Program-made: the position numbers and the translations under genes | Shown here: positions 18,001 to 36,000 of the stretch, piece after piece | Position numbering within the stretch: the stretch's first letter is position 1 | Layout: each line of letters opens with the position of its first letter | Assembly (NCBI RefSeq): GCF_036365525.1 | Contig: NC_090378.1 | Coordinates: 122,373,593 to 122,437,592, forward strand | DNA length: 64,000 nt | Source: Heterodontus francisci | Taxonomy: Eukaryota | Reading direction: 5' to 3' | Notes under the pieces: model-generated | The model's database searches: none | What the model saw: only the letters and a program-made list of their open reading frames with translations | Told to the model about the DNA's origin: nothing

Positions 18001-21000
18001 ACTGACAAATCCCACAGTTATATATAATATATAATAATGGACACACAGTCCCACCTCCTGGACTGACACATCCCACAGTTATATGTAATATATAATAATG
18101 GACACACAGTCCCACCTCCTGGACTGACAAATCCCACAGTTATATATAATATATAATAATGGACACACAGTCACACCTCCTGGACTGACAAATCCCACAG
18201 TTATATATAATATATAATAATGGACACATAGTCCCACCTCCTGGACTGACACATCCCACAGTTATATATAATATATAATAATGGACACACAGTCCCACCT
18301 CCTGGACTGACACATCCCACAGTTATATATAATATATAATAATGGACACACAGTCCCACCTCCTGGACTGACACATCCCACATTTTATATATAATATATA
18401 ATAAAGGACACACAGTCCCACCTCCTGGACTGACACGTCCCACAGTTATATATAATATATAATAATGGACACATAGTCCCACCTCCTGGACTGACACATC
18501 CCACATTTTATATATAATATATAATAAAGGACACACAGTCCCACCTCCTGGACTGACACGTCCCACAGTTATATATAATATATAATAATGGACACACAGT
18601 CCCACCTCCTGGACTGACACGTCCCACAGTTATATATAATATATAATAATGGACACATAGTCCCACCTCCTGGACTGACAAATCCCACAGTTATATATAA
18701 TATATAATAATGGACACATAGTCCCACCTCCTGGACTGACACATCCCACAGTTATATATAATATATAATAATGGACACACAGTCCCACCTCCTGGACTGA
18801 CACATCCCACAGTTATATATAATATATAATAATGGACACACAGTCCCACCTCCTGTACTGACACATCCCACATTTTATATATAATATATAATAAAGGACA
18901 CACAGTCCCACCTCCTGGACTGACACGTCCCACAGTTATATATAATATATAATAATGGACACATAGTCCCACCTCCTGGACTGACACGTCCCACAGTTAT
19001 ATATAATATATAATAATGGACACATAGTCCCACCTCCTGGACTGACACGTCCCACAGTTATATATAATATATAATAATGGACACATAGTCCCACCTCCTG
19101 GACTGACACATCCCACAGTTATATATAATATATAATAATGGACACACAGTCCCACCTCCTGGACTGACAAATCCCACAGTTATATATAATATATAATAAT
19201 GGACACACAGTCCCACCTCCTGGACTGACAAATCCCACAGTTATATATAATATATAATAATGGACACATAGTCCCACCTCCTGGACTGACACATCCCACA
19301 GTTATATATAATATATAATAATGGACACACAGTCCCACCTCCTGGACTGACAAATCCCACAGTTATATATAATATATAATAATGGACACACAGTCCCACC
19401 TCCTGGACTGACACATCCCACAGTTATATATAATATATAATAATGGACACACAGTCCCACCTCCTGGACTGACAAATCCCACAGTTATATATAATATATA
19501 ATAATGGACACACAGTCCCACCTCCTGGACTGACAAATCCCACAGTTATATATAATATATAATAATGGACACGCAGTCTCACCTCCTGGACTGACACATC
19601 CCACAGTTATATGTAATATATAATAATGGACACACAGTCCCACCTCCTGGACTGACACATCCCACAGTTATATATAATATATAATAATGGACACACAGTC
19701 CCACCTCCTGTACTGACACATCCCACAGTTATATATAATATATAATAATGGACACACAGTCCCACCTCCTGGACTGACAAATCCCACAGTTATATATAAT
19801 ATATAATAATGGACACACAGTCCCACCTCCTGGACTGACAAATCCCACAGTTATATATAATATATAATAATGGACACGCAGTCTCACCTCCTGGACTGAC
19901 ACATCCCACAGTTATATGTAATATATAATAATGGACACACAGTCCCACCTCCTGGACTGACACATCCCACAGCTATATATAATATATAATAATGGACACA
20001 CAGTCCCACCTCCTGGACTGACAAATCCCACAGTTATATATAATATATAATAATGGACACGCAGTCTCACCTCCTGGACTGACACATCCCACAGTTATAT
20101 GTAATATATAATAATGGACACACAGTCCCACCTCCTGGACTGACACATCCCACAGTTATATATAATATATAATAATGGACACACAGTCCCACCTCCTGTA
20201 CTGACACATCCCACAGTTATATATAATATATAATAATGGACACACAGTCCCACCTCCTGGACTGACAAATCCCACAGTTATATATAATATATAATAATGG
20301 ACACACAGTCCCACCTCCTGGACTGACAAATCCCACAGTTATATATAATATATAATAATGGACACATAGTCCCACCTCCTGGACTGACACATCCCACAGT
20401 TATATATAATATATAATAATGGACACACAGTCCCACCTCCTGGACTGACACATCCCACAGTTATATATAATATATAATAATGGACACACAGTCCCACCTC
20501 CTGTACTGACACATCCCACATTTTATATATAATATATAATAAAGGACACACAGTCCCACCTCCTGGACTGACACGTCCCACAGTTATATACAATATATAA
20601 TAATGGACACACAGTCCCACCTCCTGGACTGACACATCCCACAGTTATATATAATATATAATAATGGACACACAGTCCCACCTCCTGGACTGACACATCC
20701 CACAGTTATATATAATATATAATAATGGACACACAGTCCCACCTCCTGTACTGACACATCCCACATTTTATATATAATATATAATAAAGGACACACAGTC
20801 CCACCTCCTGGACTGACACATCCCACAGTTATATATAATATATAATAATGGACACATAGTCCCACCTCCTGGACTGACACGTCCCACAGTTATATATAAT
20901 ATATAATAATGGACACATAGTCCCACCTCCTGGACTGACACATCCCACAGTTATATATAATATATAATAATGGACACACAGTCCCACCTCCTGGACTGAC

Positions 21001-24000
21001 AAATCCCACAGTTATATATAATATATAATAATGGACACACAGTCCCACCTCCTGGACTGACAAATCCCACAGTTATATATAATATATAATAATGGACACG
21101 CAGTCTCACCTCCTGGACTGACAAATCCCACAGTTATATATAATATATAATAATGGACACACAGTCCCACCTCCTGGACTGACAAATCCCACAGTTATAT
21201 ATAATATATAATAATGGACACACAGTCCCACCTCCTGGACTGACAAATCCCACAGTTATATATAATATATAATAATGGACACACAGTCCCACCTCCTGGA
21301 CTGACAAATCCCACAGTTATATATAATATATAATAATGGACACACAGTCCCACCTCCTGGACTGACAAATCCCACAGTTATATATAATATATAATAATGG
21401 ACACATAGTCCCACCTCCTGGACTGACACATCCCACAGTTATATATAATATATAATAATGGACACACAGTCCCACCTCCTGGACTGACAAATCCCACAGT
21501 TATATATAATATATAATAATGGACACACAGTCCCACCTCCTGGACTGACAAATCCCACAGTTATATATAATATATAATAATGGACACACAGTCCCACCTC
21601 CTGGACTGACAAATCCCACAGTTATATATAATATATAATAATGGACACACAGTCCCACCTCCTGGACTGACAAATCCCACAGTTATATATAATATATAAT
21701 AATGGACACACAGTCCCACCTCCTGTACTGACACATCCCACAGTTATATATAATATATAATAATGGACACGCAGTCTCACCTCCTGGACTGACACATCCC
21801 ACAGTTATATGTAATATATAATAATGGACACACAGTCCCACCTCCTGGACTGACAAATCCCACAGTTATATATAATATATAATAATGGACACACAGTCCC
21901 ACCTCCTGGACTGACACATCCCACAGTTATATATAATATATAATAATGGACACACAGTCCCACCTCCTGGACTGACAAATCCCACAGTTATATATAATAT
22001 ATAATAATGGACACACAGTCCCACCTCCTGGACTGACAAATCCCACAGTTATATATAATATATAATAATGGACACGCAGTCTCACCTCCTGGACTGACAC
22101 ATCCCACAGTTATATATAATATATAATAAAGGACACACAGTCCCACCTCCTGGACTGACACATCCCACAGTTATATGTAATATATAATAATGGACACACA
22201 GTCCCACCTCCTGTACTGACACATCCCACATTTTATATATAATATATAATAAAGGACACACAGTCCCACCTCCTGGACTGACACGTCCCACAGTTATATA
22301 TAATATATAATAATGGACACATAGTCCCACCTCCTGGACTGACACGTCCCACAGTTATATATAATATATAATAATGGACACACAGTCCCACCTCCTGGAC
22401 TGACAAATCCCACAGTTATATATAATATATAATAATGGACACATAGTCCCACCTCCTGGACTGACACGTCCCACAGTTATATATAATATATAATAATGGA
22501 CACATAGTCCCACCTCCTGGACTGACACGTCCCACAGTTATATATAATATATAATAAAGGACACACAGTCCCACCTCCTGGACTGACACGTCCCACAGTT
22601 ATATATAATATATAATAATGGACACATAGTCCCACCTCCTGGACTGACACGTCCCACAGTTATATATAATATATAATAAAGGACACACAGTCCCACCTCC
22701 TGGACTGACACGTCCCACAGTTATATATAATATATAATAATGGACACATAGTCCCACCTCCTGGACTGACACGTCCCACAGTTATATATAATATATAATA
22801 ATGGACACACAGTCCCACCTCCTGGACTGACAAATCCCACAGTTATATATAATATATAATAATGGACACACAGTCCCACCTCCTGGACTGACAAATCCCA
22901 CAGTTATATATAATATATAATAATGGACACGCAGTCTCACCTCCTGTACTGACACATCCCACAGTTATATATAATATATAATAATGGACACACAGTCCCA
23001 CCTCCTGCACTGACACATCCCACATTTATATATAATATATAATAATGGACACACGGTCCCACCTCCTGTACTGACACATCCCACAGTTATATATAATATA
23101 TAATAATGGACACACAGTCCCACCTCCTGGACTGACACATCCCACAGTAAAAAATAATATATAATAATGGGCACACAGTCCCACCTCCTGTACTGACACG
23201 TCCCACATGTATATATAATATATAATAAAGGACACACAGTCCCACCTCCTGGACTGACACATCCCACAGTTATATGTAATATATAATAATGGACACACAG
23301 TCCCACCTCCTGTACTGACACATCCCACATTTTATATATAATATATAATAAAGGACACACAGTCCCACCTCCTGGACTGACACGTCCCACAGTTATATAC
23401 AATATAAAATAATGGACACACAGTCCCACCTCCTGGACTGACACATCCCACAGTTATATATAATATATAATAATGGACACACGGTCCCACCTCCTGCACT
23501 GACACATCCCACAGTTATATATAATATATAATAATGGACACACAGTCTCACCTTCTGGACTGACACATCCCACAGTTATATATAATACATAATAATGGAC
23601 ACACAGTCTCACCTCCTGTACTGACACATCCCACAGCTATATATAATATATAATAATGGGCACACAGTCCCACCTCCTGTACTGACACGTCCCACAGTTA
23701 TATATAATATATAATAATGGACACACAGTCCCACCGCCTGTACTGACACATCCCACAGATATATATAATAAAAAATAATGGACTCACAGTCCCACCTCCT
23801 GTACTGACACATCCCACAGTTATATATAATATATAATAATGGACACACTGACCCACCTCCTGTACTGACACATCCCACAGTTATATATAATATATAATAA
23901 TGGACACACAGTCCCACCTCCTGTACTGACACATCCCACAGATATATATAATAAAAAATAATGGACTCACAGTCCCACCTCCTGTACTGACACATCCCAC

Positions 24001-27000
24001 AGTTATATATAATATATAATAATGGACACACTGACCCACCTCCTGTACTGACACATCCCACAGTTATATATAATATATAATAATGGGCACACAGTCCCAC
24101 CTCCTGTACTGACACGTCCCACAGTTATATATAATATATAATAATGGACACACAGTCCCACCGCCTGTACTGACACATCCCACAGATATATATAATAAAA
24201 AATAATGGACTCACAGTCCCACCTCCTGTACTGACACATCCCACAGTTATATATAATATATAATAATGGACACACTGACCCACCTCCTGTACTGACACAT
24301 CCCACAGTTATATATAATATATAATAATGGACACTCAGTCCCACCTCCTGTACTGACACATCCCACAGTTATATACAATATATAATAATGGACACACAGT
24401 TCCACCTCCTGGACTGACACGTCCCACAGTTATATACAATATATAATAATGGACACACAGTCCCACCTCCTGGACTGACACATCCCACAGTTATATATAA
24501 TGTATAATAATGGACACACAGTCCCACCTCCTGGACTGACAAATCCCACAGTTATATATAATATATAATAATGGACACGCAGTCTCACCTCCTGCACTGA
24601 CACATCCCACAGTTATATACAATATATAATAATGGACACACAGTCCCACCTCCTGGACTGACACATCCCACATTTATATATAATATATAATAATGGACAC
24701 ATAGTCCCACCTCCTGTACTGACACATCCCACAGTTATATATAATATATAATAATGGACACGCAGTCTCACCTCCTGCACTGACACATCCCACAGTTATA
24801 TACAATATATAATAATGGACACACAGTCCCACCTCCTGGACTGACACATCCCACATTTATATATAATATATAATAATGGACACACAGTCCCACCTCCTGG
24901 ACTGACACATCCCACAGTTATATATAATATATAATAATGGACACTTAGTCCCACCTCCTGGACTGACACATCCCACAGTTATATATAATATATAATAATG
25001 GACACACAGTCCCACCTCCTGGACTGACACATCCCACAGTTATATATAATATATAATAATGGACACACAGTCCCACCTCCTGTACTGACACATCCCACAG
25101 TTATATATAATATATAATAATGGACACACTGTCCCACCTCCTGTACTGACACATCCCACAGTTATATATAATATATAATAATGGACACACAGTCCCACCT
25201 CCTGTACTGACACATCCCACAGTTATATATAATATATAATAATGGACACACTGTCCCACCTCCTGTACTGACACATCCCACAGTTATATATAATATATAA
25301 TAATGGACACACTGTCCCACCTCCTGTACTGACACATCCCACAGTTATATATAATATATAATAATGGACACACAGTCCCACCTCCTGTACTGACACATCC
25401 CACAGTTATATATAATATATAATAATGGACACACAGTCCCACCTCCTGGACTGACACATCCCACAGTTATATATAATATATAATAATGGACACATAGTCC
25501 CACCTCCTGGACTGACACATCCCACAGTTATATATAATATATAATAATGGACACATAGTCCCACCTCCTGGACTGACACATCCCACAGTTATATATAATA
25601 TATAATAATGGACACACAGTCCCACCTCCTGGACTGACACATCCCACAGTTATATATAATATATAATAATGGACACACAGTCCCACCTCCTGGACTGACA
25701 CATCCCACAGTTATATAAAATATATAATAATGGACACACAGTCCCACCTCCTGGACTGACACATCCCACAGTTATATATAATATATAATAATGGACACAT
25801 AGTCCCACCTCCTGGACTGACACATCCCACAGTTATATAAAATATATAATAATGGACACACAGTCCCACCTCCTGGACTGACACATCCCACAGTTATATA
25901 TAATATATAATAATGGACACATAGTCCCACCTCCTGTACTGACACATCCCACAGTTATATATAATATATAATAATGGACACATAGTCCCACCTCCTGTAC
26001 TGACACATCCCACAGTTATATATAATATATAATAATGGACACACAGTCCCACCTCCTGGACTGACACATCCCACAGTTATATATAATATATAATAATGGA
26101 CACACAGTCCCACCTCCTGGACTGACACATCCCACAGTTATATATAATATATAATAATGGACACACAGTCCCACCTCCTGTACTGACACATCCCACAGTT
26201 ATATAAAATATATAATAATGGACACACAGTCCCACCTCCTGGACTGACACATCCCACAGTTATATATAATATATAATAATGGACACATAGTCCCACCTCC
26301 TGTACTGACACATCCCACAGTTATATATAATATATAATAATGGACACATAGTCCCACCTCCTGTACTGACACATCCCACAGTTATATAAAATATATAATA
26401 ATGGACACACAGTCCCACCTCCTGGACTGACACATCCCACAGTTATATATAATATATAATAATGGACACATAGTCCCACCTCCTGTACTGACACATCCCA
26501 CAGTTATATATAATATATAATAATGGACACACAGTCCCACCTCCTGGACTGACACATCCCACAGTTATATATAATATATAATAATGGACACATAGTCCCA
26601 CCTCCTGTACTGACACATCCCACAGTTATATATAATATATAATAATGGACACACAGTCCCACCTCCTGGACTGACACATCCCACAGTTATATATAATATA
26701 TAATAATGGACACATAGTCCCACCTCCTGTACTGACACATCCCACAGTTATATATAATATATAATAATGGACACACAGTCCCACCTCCTGGACTGACACA
26801 TCCCACAGTTATATAAAATATATAATAATGGACACACAGTCCCACCTCCTGGACTGACACATCCCACAGTTATATATAATATATAATAATGGACACATAG
26901 TCCCACCTCCTGGACTGACACATCCCACAGTTATATAAAATATATAATAATGGACACACAGTCCCACCTCCTGGACTGACACATCCCACAGTTATATATA

Positions 27001-30000
27001 ATATATAATAATGGACACACAGTCCCACCTCCTGGACTGACACATCCCACAGTTATATATAATATATAATAATGGACACACAGTCCCACCTCCTGGACTG
27101 ACACATCCCACAGTTATATATAATATATAATAATGGACACACAGTCCCACCTCCTGGACTGACACATCCCACTGTTATATATAATATATAATAATGGACA
27201 CACAGTCCCACCTCCTGGACTGACACATCCCACAGTTATATATAATATATAATAATGGACACACAGTCCCACCTCCTGGACTGACACATCCCACAGTTAT
27301 ATATAATATATAATAATGGACACACAGTCCCACCTCCAGCACTGACACATCCCACAGTTATATATAATATATAATAATGGACACACAGTCCCACCTCCTG
27401 GACTGACACATCCCACAGTTATATATAATATATAATAATGGACACACAGTCCCACCTCCTGGACTGACACATCCCACAGTTATATAAAATATATAATAAT
27501 GGACACATAGTCCCACCTCCTGGACTGACACATCCCACAGTTATATATAATATATAATAATGGACACACAGTCCCACCTCCTGTACTGACACATCCCACA
27601 GTTATATATAATATATAATAATGGACACACAGTCCCACCTCCTGTACTGACACATTCCACAGTTATATATAATACATAATAATGGACACACAGTCCCACC
27701 TCCTGGACTGACACATCCCACAGTTATATGTAATATATAATAATGGACACACAGTCCCACCTCCTCTACTGACACGTCCCACAGTTATATCCAATATAAA
27801 ATAATGGACACACAGTCCCACCTCCTGGACTGACACATCCCACAGTGATATATAATATATAATAATGGACACACAGTCCCACCTCCTGTACTGACACATC
27901 CCACAGTTATATATAATATATAATAATGGACACACAGTCCCACCTCCTGCACTGACACATCCCACAGTTATATATAATATATAATAATGGACACACAGTC
28001 TCACCTTCTGGACTGACACATCCCACAGTTATATATAATACATAATAATGGACACACTGACCCACCTCCTGCACTGACACGTCCCACAGTTCTATATAAG
28101 ATATAATAATGAACACACAGTCCCACCTCCGGTACCGACACATCCCACAGTTATATATAATATATAATAATGGACACACAGTCCCACCTCCTGCACTGAC
28201 ACGTCCCACAGTTATATATAATATATAATAATGGACACACAGTCCCACCTCCTGTACTGACACGTCCCACAGTTATATATCATATATAATAATGGACACA
28301 CAGTCCCACCTCCTGTACTGACACGTCCACAGTTATATATAATATATAATAATGGACACACAGTCCCACCTCCTGTACTGACACATCCCACAGTTATATA
28401 TAATATATAATAATGGACACACAGTCCCACCTCCTGTACTGACATGTCCCACAGTTATATAATATAATAATGGACACACAGTCCCACCTCCTGTACTGAC
28501 ATGTCCCACAGTTATATATAATATATAATAATGGACACACAGTCCCACCTCCTGTACTGACATGTCCCACAGTTATATAATATAATAATGGACACACAGT
28601 CCCACCTCCTGTACTGACATGTCCCACAGTTATATAATATAATAATGGACACACAGTCCCACCTCCTGCACTGACACATCCCACAGTTATATATAATATA
28701 TAATAATGGACACACAGTCCCACCTCCTGCACTGACACATCCCACAGTTATATATAATATATAATAATGGACACACAGTCTCACCTTCTGGACTGACACA
28801 TCCCACAGTTATATATAATACATAATAATGGACACACTGACCCACCTCCTGCACTGACACGTCCCACAGTTCTATATAAGATATAATAATGAACACACAG
28901 TCCCACCTCCGGTACCGACACATCCCACAGTTATATATAATATATAATAATGGACACACAGTCCCACCTCCTGCACTGACACGTCCCACAGTTATATATA
29001 ATATATAATAATGGACACACAGTCCCACCTCCTGTACTGACACGTCCCACAGTTATATATCATATATAATAATGGACACACAGTCCCACCTCCTGTACTG
29101 ACACGTCCACAGTTATATATAATATATAATAATGGACACACAGTCCCACCTCCTGTACTGACACATCCCACAGTTATATATAATATATAATAATGGACAC
29201 ACAGTCCCACCTCCTGTACTGACATGTCCCACAGTTATATAATATAATAATGGACACACAGTCCCACCTCCTGTACTGACACATCCCACAGTTATATATA
29301 ATATATAATAATGGACACACAGTCCCACCTCCTGTACTGACATGTCCCACAGTTATATAATATAATAATGGACACACAGTCCCACCTCCTGTACTGACAT
29401 GTCCCACAGTTATATAATATAATAATGGACACACAGTCCCACCTCCTGTACTGACACATCCCACTGTTATATATAATATATAATAATGGACACACAGTCC
29501 CACCTCCTGTACTGACATGTCCCACAGTTATATAATATAATAATGGACACACAGTCCCACCTCCTGTACTGACATGTCCCACAGTTATATAATATAATAA
29601 TGGACACACAGTCCCACCTCCTGTACTGACACATCCCACAGTTATATATAATATATAATAATGGACACACAGTCCCACCTCCTGTACTGACACATCCCAC
29701 TGTTATATATAATATATAATAATGGACACACAGTCCCAGCTCCTGTACTGACACGTCCCACAGTTATATATAATGTATGATAATGGACACACAGTCCCAC
29801 CTCCTGTACTGACACATCCCACAGTTATATAATATAATAATGGACACACAGTCCCACCTCCTGTACTGACACGTCCCACAATTACATATAATATATAATA
29901 ATGGACACACAGTCCCACCTCCTGTACTGACACGTCCCACAGTTATATATAATATATAATAATGGACACACAGTCCCACCTCCTGTACTGACATGTCCCA

Positions 30001-33000
30001 CAGTTATATATAAGATATAATAATGGACACACAGTCCCACCTCCTGTACTGACACGTCCCACAGTTATATATAATATATAATAATGGACACACAGTCCCA
30101 CCTCCTGTACTGACACGTCCCACAGTTATATAATATAATAATGGACACACAGTCCCAACTCCTGTACTGACACCTCCCACAGTTATATATAATATATAAT
30201 AATGGACACACAGTCCCATCTCCTGTACTGACACGTCCCACAGTTATATATAATATATAATAATGGACACACAGTCCCACCTCCTGTACTGACATGTCCC
30301 ACAGTTATATATAAGATATAATAATGGACACACACTCCCAACTCCTGTACTGTCACGTCCCACAGTTATATATAATATATAATAATGGACACATAGTCCC
30401 ACCTCCTGTACTGTCACATCCCGCACCTATATATAATATATAATAATGGACACACAGTCCCACCTCCTGTACCGACACGTCCCACAGTTATATATAATAT
30501 ATAATAATGGACACATAGTCCCACCTCCTGTACTGACACATCCCACACTTATATATAATATATAATAATGGACACACAGTCCCACCTCCTGTACCGACAC
30601 GTCCCACAGTTATATATAATATATAATAATGGACACATAGTCCCACCGCCTGTACTGACACATCCCACAGATATATATAATAAAAAATAATGGACTCACA
30701 GTCCCACCTCCTGGACTGACACATCCCACAGTTATATATAATATATAATAATGGACACACAGTCCCACCGCCTGTACTGACACATCCCACAGATATATAT
30801 AATAAAAAATAATGGACTCACAGTCCCACCTCCTGTACTGACACATCCCACAGTTATATATAATATATGATAATGGACACGCAGTCCCACCTCCTGTACT
30901 GACACATCCCACAGTTATATATAATTTATAATAATGGACACACAGTCCCACCTCCTGGACTGACACTTCCCACAGTTACATACAATATATAATAATGGAC
31001 AGACAGTCCCACCTCCTGTACTGACACGTCCCACAGTTATATACAATATATAATAATGGACACACAGTCTCACCTCCTGGACTGACACGTCCCACAGTTA
31101 TATACAATATATAATAATGGACACACAGTCCCACCTCCTGGACTGACACATCCCACAGTTATATATAATAAATAATAATGGACACACTCCCACCTCCTGC
31201 ACTGACACATCCCACAGTTATATATAATATATAATAATGGACACACAGTCCCACCTCCTGCACTGACACATCCCACAGTTATATATAATATATAATAATG
31301 GACACACAGTCCCACCGCCTGTACTGACACATCCCACAGATATATATAATAAAAAATAATGGACTCACAGTCCCACCTCCTGTACTGACACATCCCACAG
31401 TTATATATAATATATAATAATGGACACACTGACCCACCTCCTGTACTGACACATCCCACTGTTACATACAATATATAATAATGGACACACAGTCCCACCT
31501 CCATTACTGACACGTCCCACAGTTATATATAATATATAATAATGGACACACAGTCCCACCTCCTGTACTGACACGTCCCACAGTTATATACAATATATAA
31601 TAATGGACACACAGTCCCACCTCCTGGACTGACACATCCCACAGTTATATGTAATATATAATAATGGACACACGTTCCCACCTCCTGTACTAACACATCC
31701 CACAGTCATATATAATATATAATAATGGACACACAGTCCCACCTCCTGGACTGACACAAACCACTGTTATATATAATATATAATAATGGACACACAGTCC
31801 CACCTCCTGCACTGACACATCCCACAGTTATATATAATAAATAATAATGGACACACAGTCCCACCTCCTGCACTGACACATCCCACAGTTATATATAATA
31901 TATAATAATGGACACACCGTCTCACCTCCTGGACTGACACAAACCACAGTTATATATAATATATAATAATGGACACACAGTCCCACCTCCTGCACTGACA
32001 CATCCCACAGTTATATATAATAAATAATAATGGACACACAGTCCCACCTCCTGCACTGACACATCCCACAGTTATATATAATATATAATAATGGACACAC
32101 AGTCCCACCGCCTGTACTGACACATCCCACAGATATATATAATAAAGAATAATGGACTCACAGTCCCACCTCCTGCACTGACACATCCCACAGTTATATA
32201 TAATATATAATAATGGACACACTGACCCACCTCCTGTCCTGACACATCCCACAGTTATATATAATATATAATAATGGACACACAGTCCCACCTCCTGTAC
32301 TGACACATCCCACAGATATATATAATAAAAAACAATGGACTCACAGTCCCACCTCCTGTACTGACACATCCCACAGTTATATACAATATATAATAATGGA
32401 CACACAGTCCCACCTCCTGGACTGACACGTCCCACAGTTATATACAATATATAATAATGGACACACAGTCCCACCTCCTGGACTGACACATCCCACAGTT
32501 ATATGTAATATATAATAATGGACACACGGTCCCACCTCCTGTACTGACACATCCCACAGCTATATATAATATATAATAATGGACACACAGTCCCACCTCC
32601 TGTATACTGACACATCCCACAGTTATATATAATATATAATAATGGACACACAGTCCCACCTCCTGGACTGACACATCCCACAGTTATATATAATATATAA
32701 TAATGGACACACAGTCCCACCTCCTGGACTGACACATCCCACAGTTATATATAATATATAATAATGGACACACAGTCCCACCTCCTGGACTGACACATCC
32801 CACAGTTATATATAATATATAATAATGGACACGCAGTCTCACCTCCTGCACTGACACATCCCACAGTTATATGTAATATATAATAATGGACACACGGTCC
32901 CACCTCCTGCACTGACACATCCCACAGGTATATATAATATATAATAATGGACACGCAGTCTCACCTCCTGTACTGACACATCCCACAGTTATATGTAATA

Positions 33001-36000
33001 TATAATAATGGACACACGGTCCCACCTCCTGCACTGACACATCCCACAGTTATATATAATATTTAATAATGGACACACAGTCCCACCTCCTGTAGTGACA
33101 CATCCCACATTTATATATAATATATAATAATGGACACACGGTCCCACCTCCTGTACTGACACATCCTACAGTTATATATAAAATATAATAATGGACACAC
33201 AGTCCCACCTCCTGGACTGACACATCCCACAGTTATATGTAATATATAATAATGGGCACACAGTCCCACCTCCTGTACTGACACGTCCCACATTTATATA
33301 TAATATATAATGAAGGACACACAGTCACACCTCCTGGACTGACACATCCCACAGTTATATGTAATATATAATAATGGGCACACAGTCCCACCTCCTGCAC
33401 TGACATGTCCCACATTTATATATAATATATAATAAAGGACACACAGTCCCACCTCCTGGACTGACACATCCCACAGTTATATATAATATATAATAATGGA
33501 CACACGGTCCCACCTCCTGTACTGACACATCCCACATTTATATATAATATATAATAAAGGACACACTGTCCCACCTCCTGGACTGACACGTCCCACAGTT
33601 ATATACAATATAAAATAATGGACACACGGTCCCACCTCCTGGACTGACACATCCCACAGTTATATATAATATATAATAATGGACACACGGTCCCACCTCC
33701 TGGACTGACACATCCCACAGTTATATATAATATATAATAATGGACACAGAGTCTCACCTTCTGGACTGACACATCCCACAGTTATATATAATACATAATA
33801 ATGGACACACAGTCTCAACTCCTGTACTGACACATCCCACAGCTATATATAATATATAATAGTGGACACACAGTCCCACCTCCTGTATACTGACACATCC
33901 CACAGTTATATATAATACATAATAATGGACACACAGTCCCACCTCCTGGACTGACACATCCCACAGTTATATGTAATATATAATAATGGACACACAGTCT
34001 CACCTCCTGCACTGACACATCCCACAGTTATATATAATATATAATAATGGACACACAGTCCCACCGCCTGTTCTGACACATCCCACAGATATATATAATA
34101 AAGAATAATGGACTCACAGTCCCACCTCCTGCACTGACACATCCCACAGTTATATATAATATATAATAATGGACACACTGACCCACCTCCTGTCCTGACA
34201 CATCCCACAGTTATATATAATATATAATAATGGACACACAGTCCCACCTCCTGTACTGACACATCCCACAGATATATATAATAAAAAACAATGGACTCAC
34301 AGTCCCACCTCCTGCACTGACACATCCCACAGTTATATATAATATATAATAATGGACACACTGACCCACCTCCTGTCCTGACACATCCCACAGTTATATA
34401 CAATATATAATAATGGACACACAGTCCCACCTCCTGGACTGACAAGTCCCACAGTTATATACAATATATAATAATGGACACACAGTCCCACCTCCTGGAC
34501 TGACACATCCCACAGTTATATGTAATATATAATAATGGACACACGGTCCCACCTCCTGTACTGACACATCCCACAGCTATATATAATATATAATAATGGA
34601 CACACAGTCCCACCTCCTGTATACTGACACATCCCACAGTTATATATAATATATAATAATGGACACACAGTCCCACCTCCTGGACTGACACATCCCACAG
34701 TTATATATAATATATAATAATGGACACACAGTCCCACCTCCTGGACTGACACATCCCACAGTTATATATAATATATAATAATGGACACACAGTCCCACCT
34801 CCTGGACTGACACATCCCACAGTTATATATAATATATAATAATGGACACGCAGTCTCACCTCCTGCACTGACACATCCCACAGTTATATGTAATATATAA
34901 TAATGGACACACGGTCCCACCTCCTGCACTGACACATCCCACAGGTATATATAATATATAATAATGGACACGCAGTCTCACCTCCTGTACTGACACATCC
35001 CACAGTTATATGTAATATATAATAATGGACACACGGTCCCACCTCCTGCACTGACACATCCCACAGTTATATATAATATATAATAATGGACACACAGTCC
35101 CACCTCCTGTAGTGACACATCCCACATTTATATATAATATATAATAATGGACACACGGTCCCACCTCCTGTACTGACACATCCCACAGTTATATATAATA
35201 TATAATAATGGACACACAGTCCCACCTCCTGGGCTGACACATCCCACAGTTATATGTAATATATAATAATGGGCACACAGTCCCACCTCCTGTACTGACA
35301 CGTCCCACATTTATATATAATATATAATAAAGGACACACAGTCCCACCTCCTGGACTGACACATCCCACAGTTAGATGTAATATATAATAATGGGCACAC
35401 AGTCCCACCTCCTGTACTGACACATCCCACAGTTATATATAATATATAATAATGGACACACAGTCCCACCTCCTGTACTGACACATCCCACATTTATATA
35501 TAATATATAATAAAGGACACACAGTCCCACCTCCTGGACTGACACATCCCACAGTTATATATAATATATAATAATGGACACACGGTCCCACCTCCTGTAC
35601 TGACACATCCCACATTTATATATAATATATAATAAAGGACACACAGTCCCACCTCCTGGACTAACACGTCCCACAGTTATATATAATATATAATAGTGGA
35701 CACACAGTCCCACCTCCTGTATACTGACACTTCCCACAGTGATATATAATACATAATAATGGACACACAGTCCCACCTCCTGGACTGACACATCCCACAG
35801 TTATATGTAATATATAATAATGGACACACATTCCCACCTCCTGTACTGACACATCCCACAGTTATATACAATATAAAATAATGGACACACAGTCCCACCT
35901 CCCGCACTGACACATCCCACAGTTATATATAATATATAATAATGGACACACGGTCCCACCTCCTGCACTGACACATCCCACAGTTATATATAATATATAA

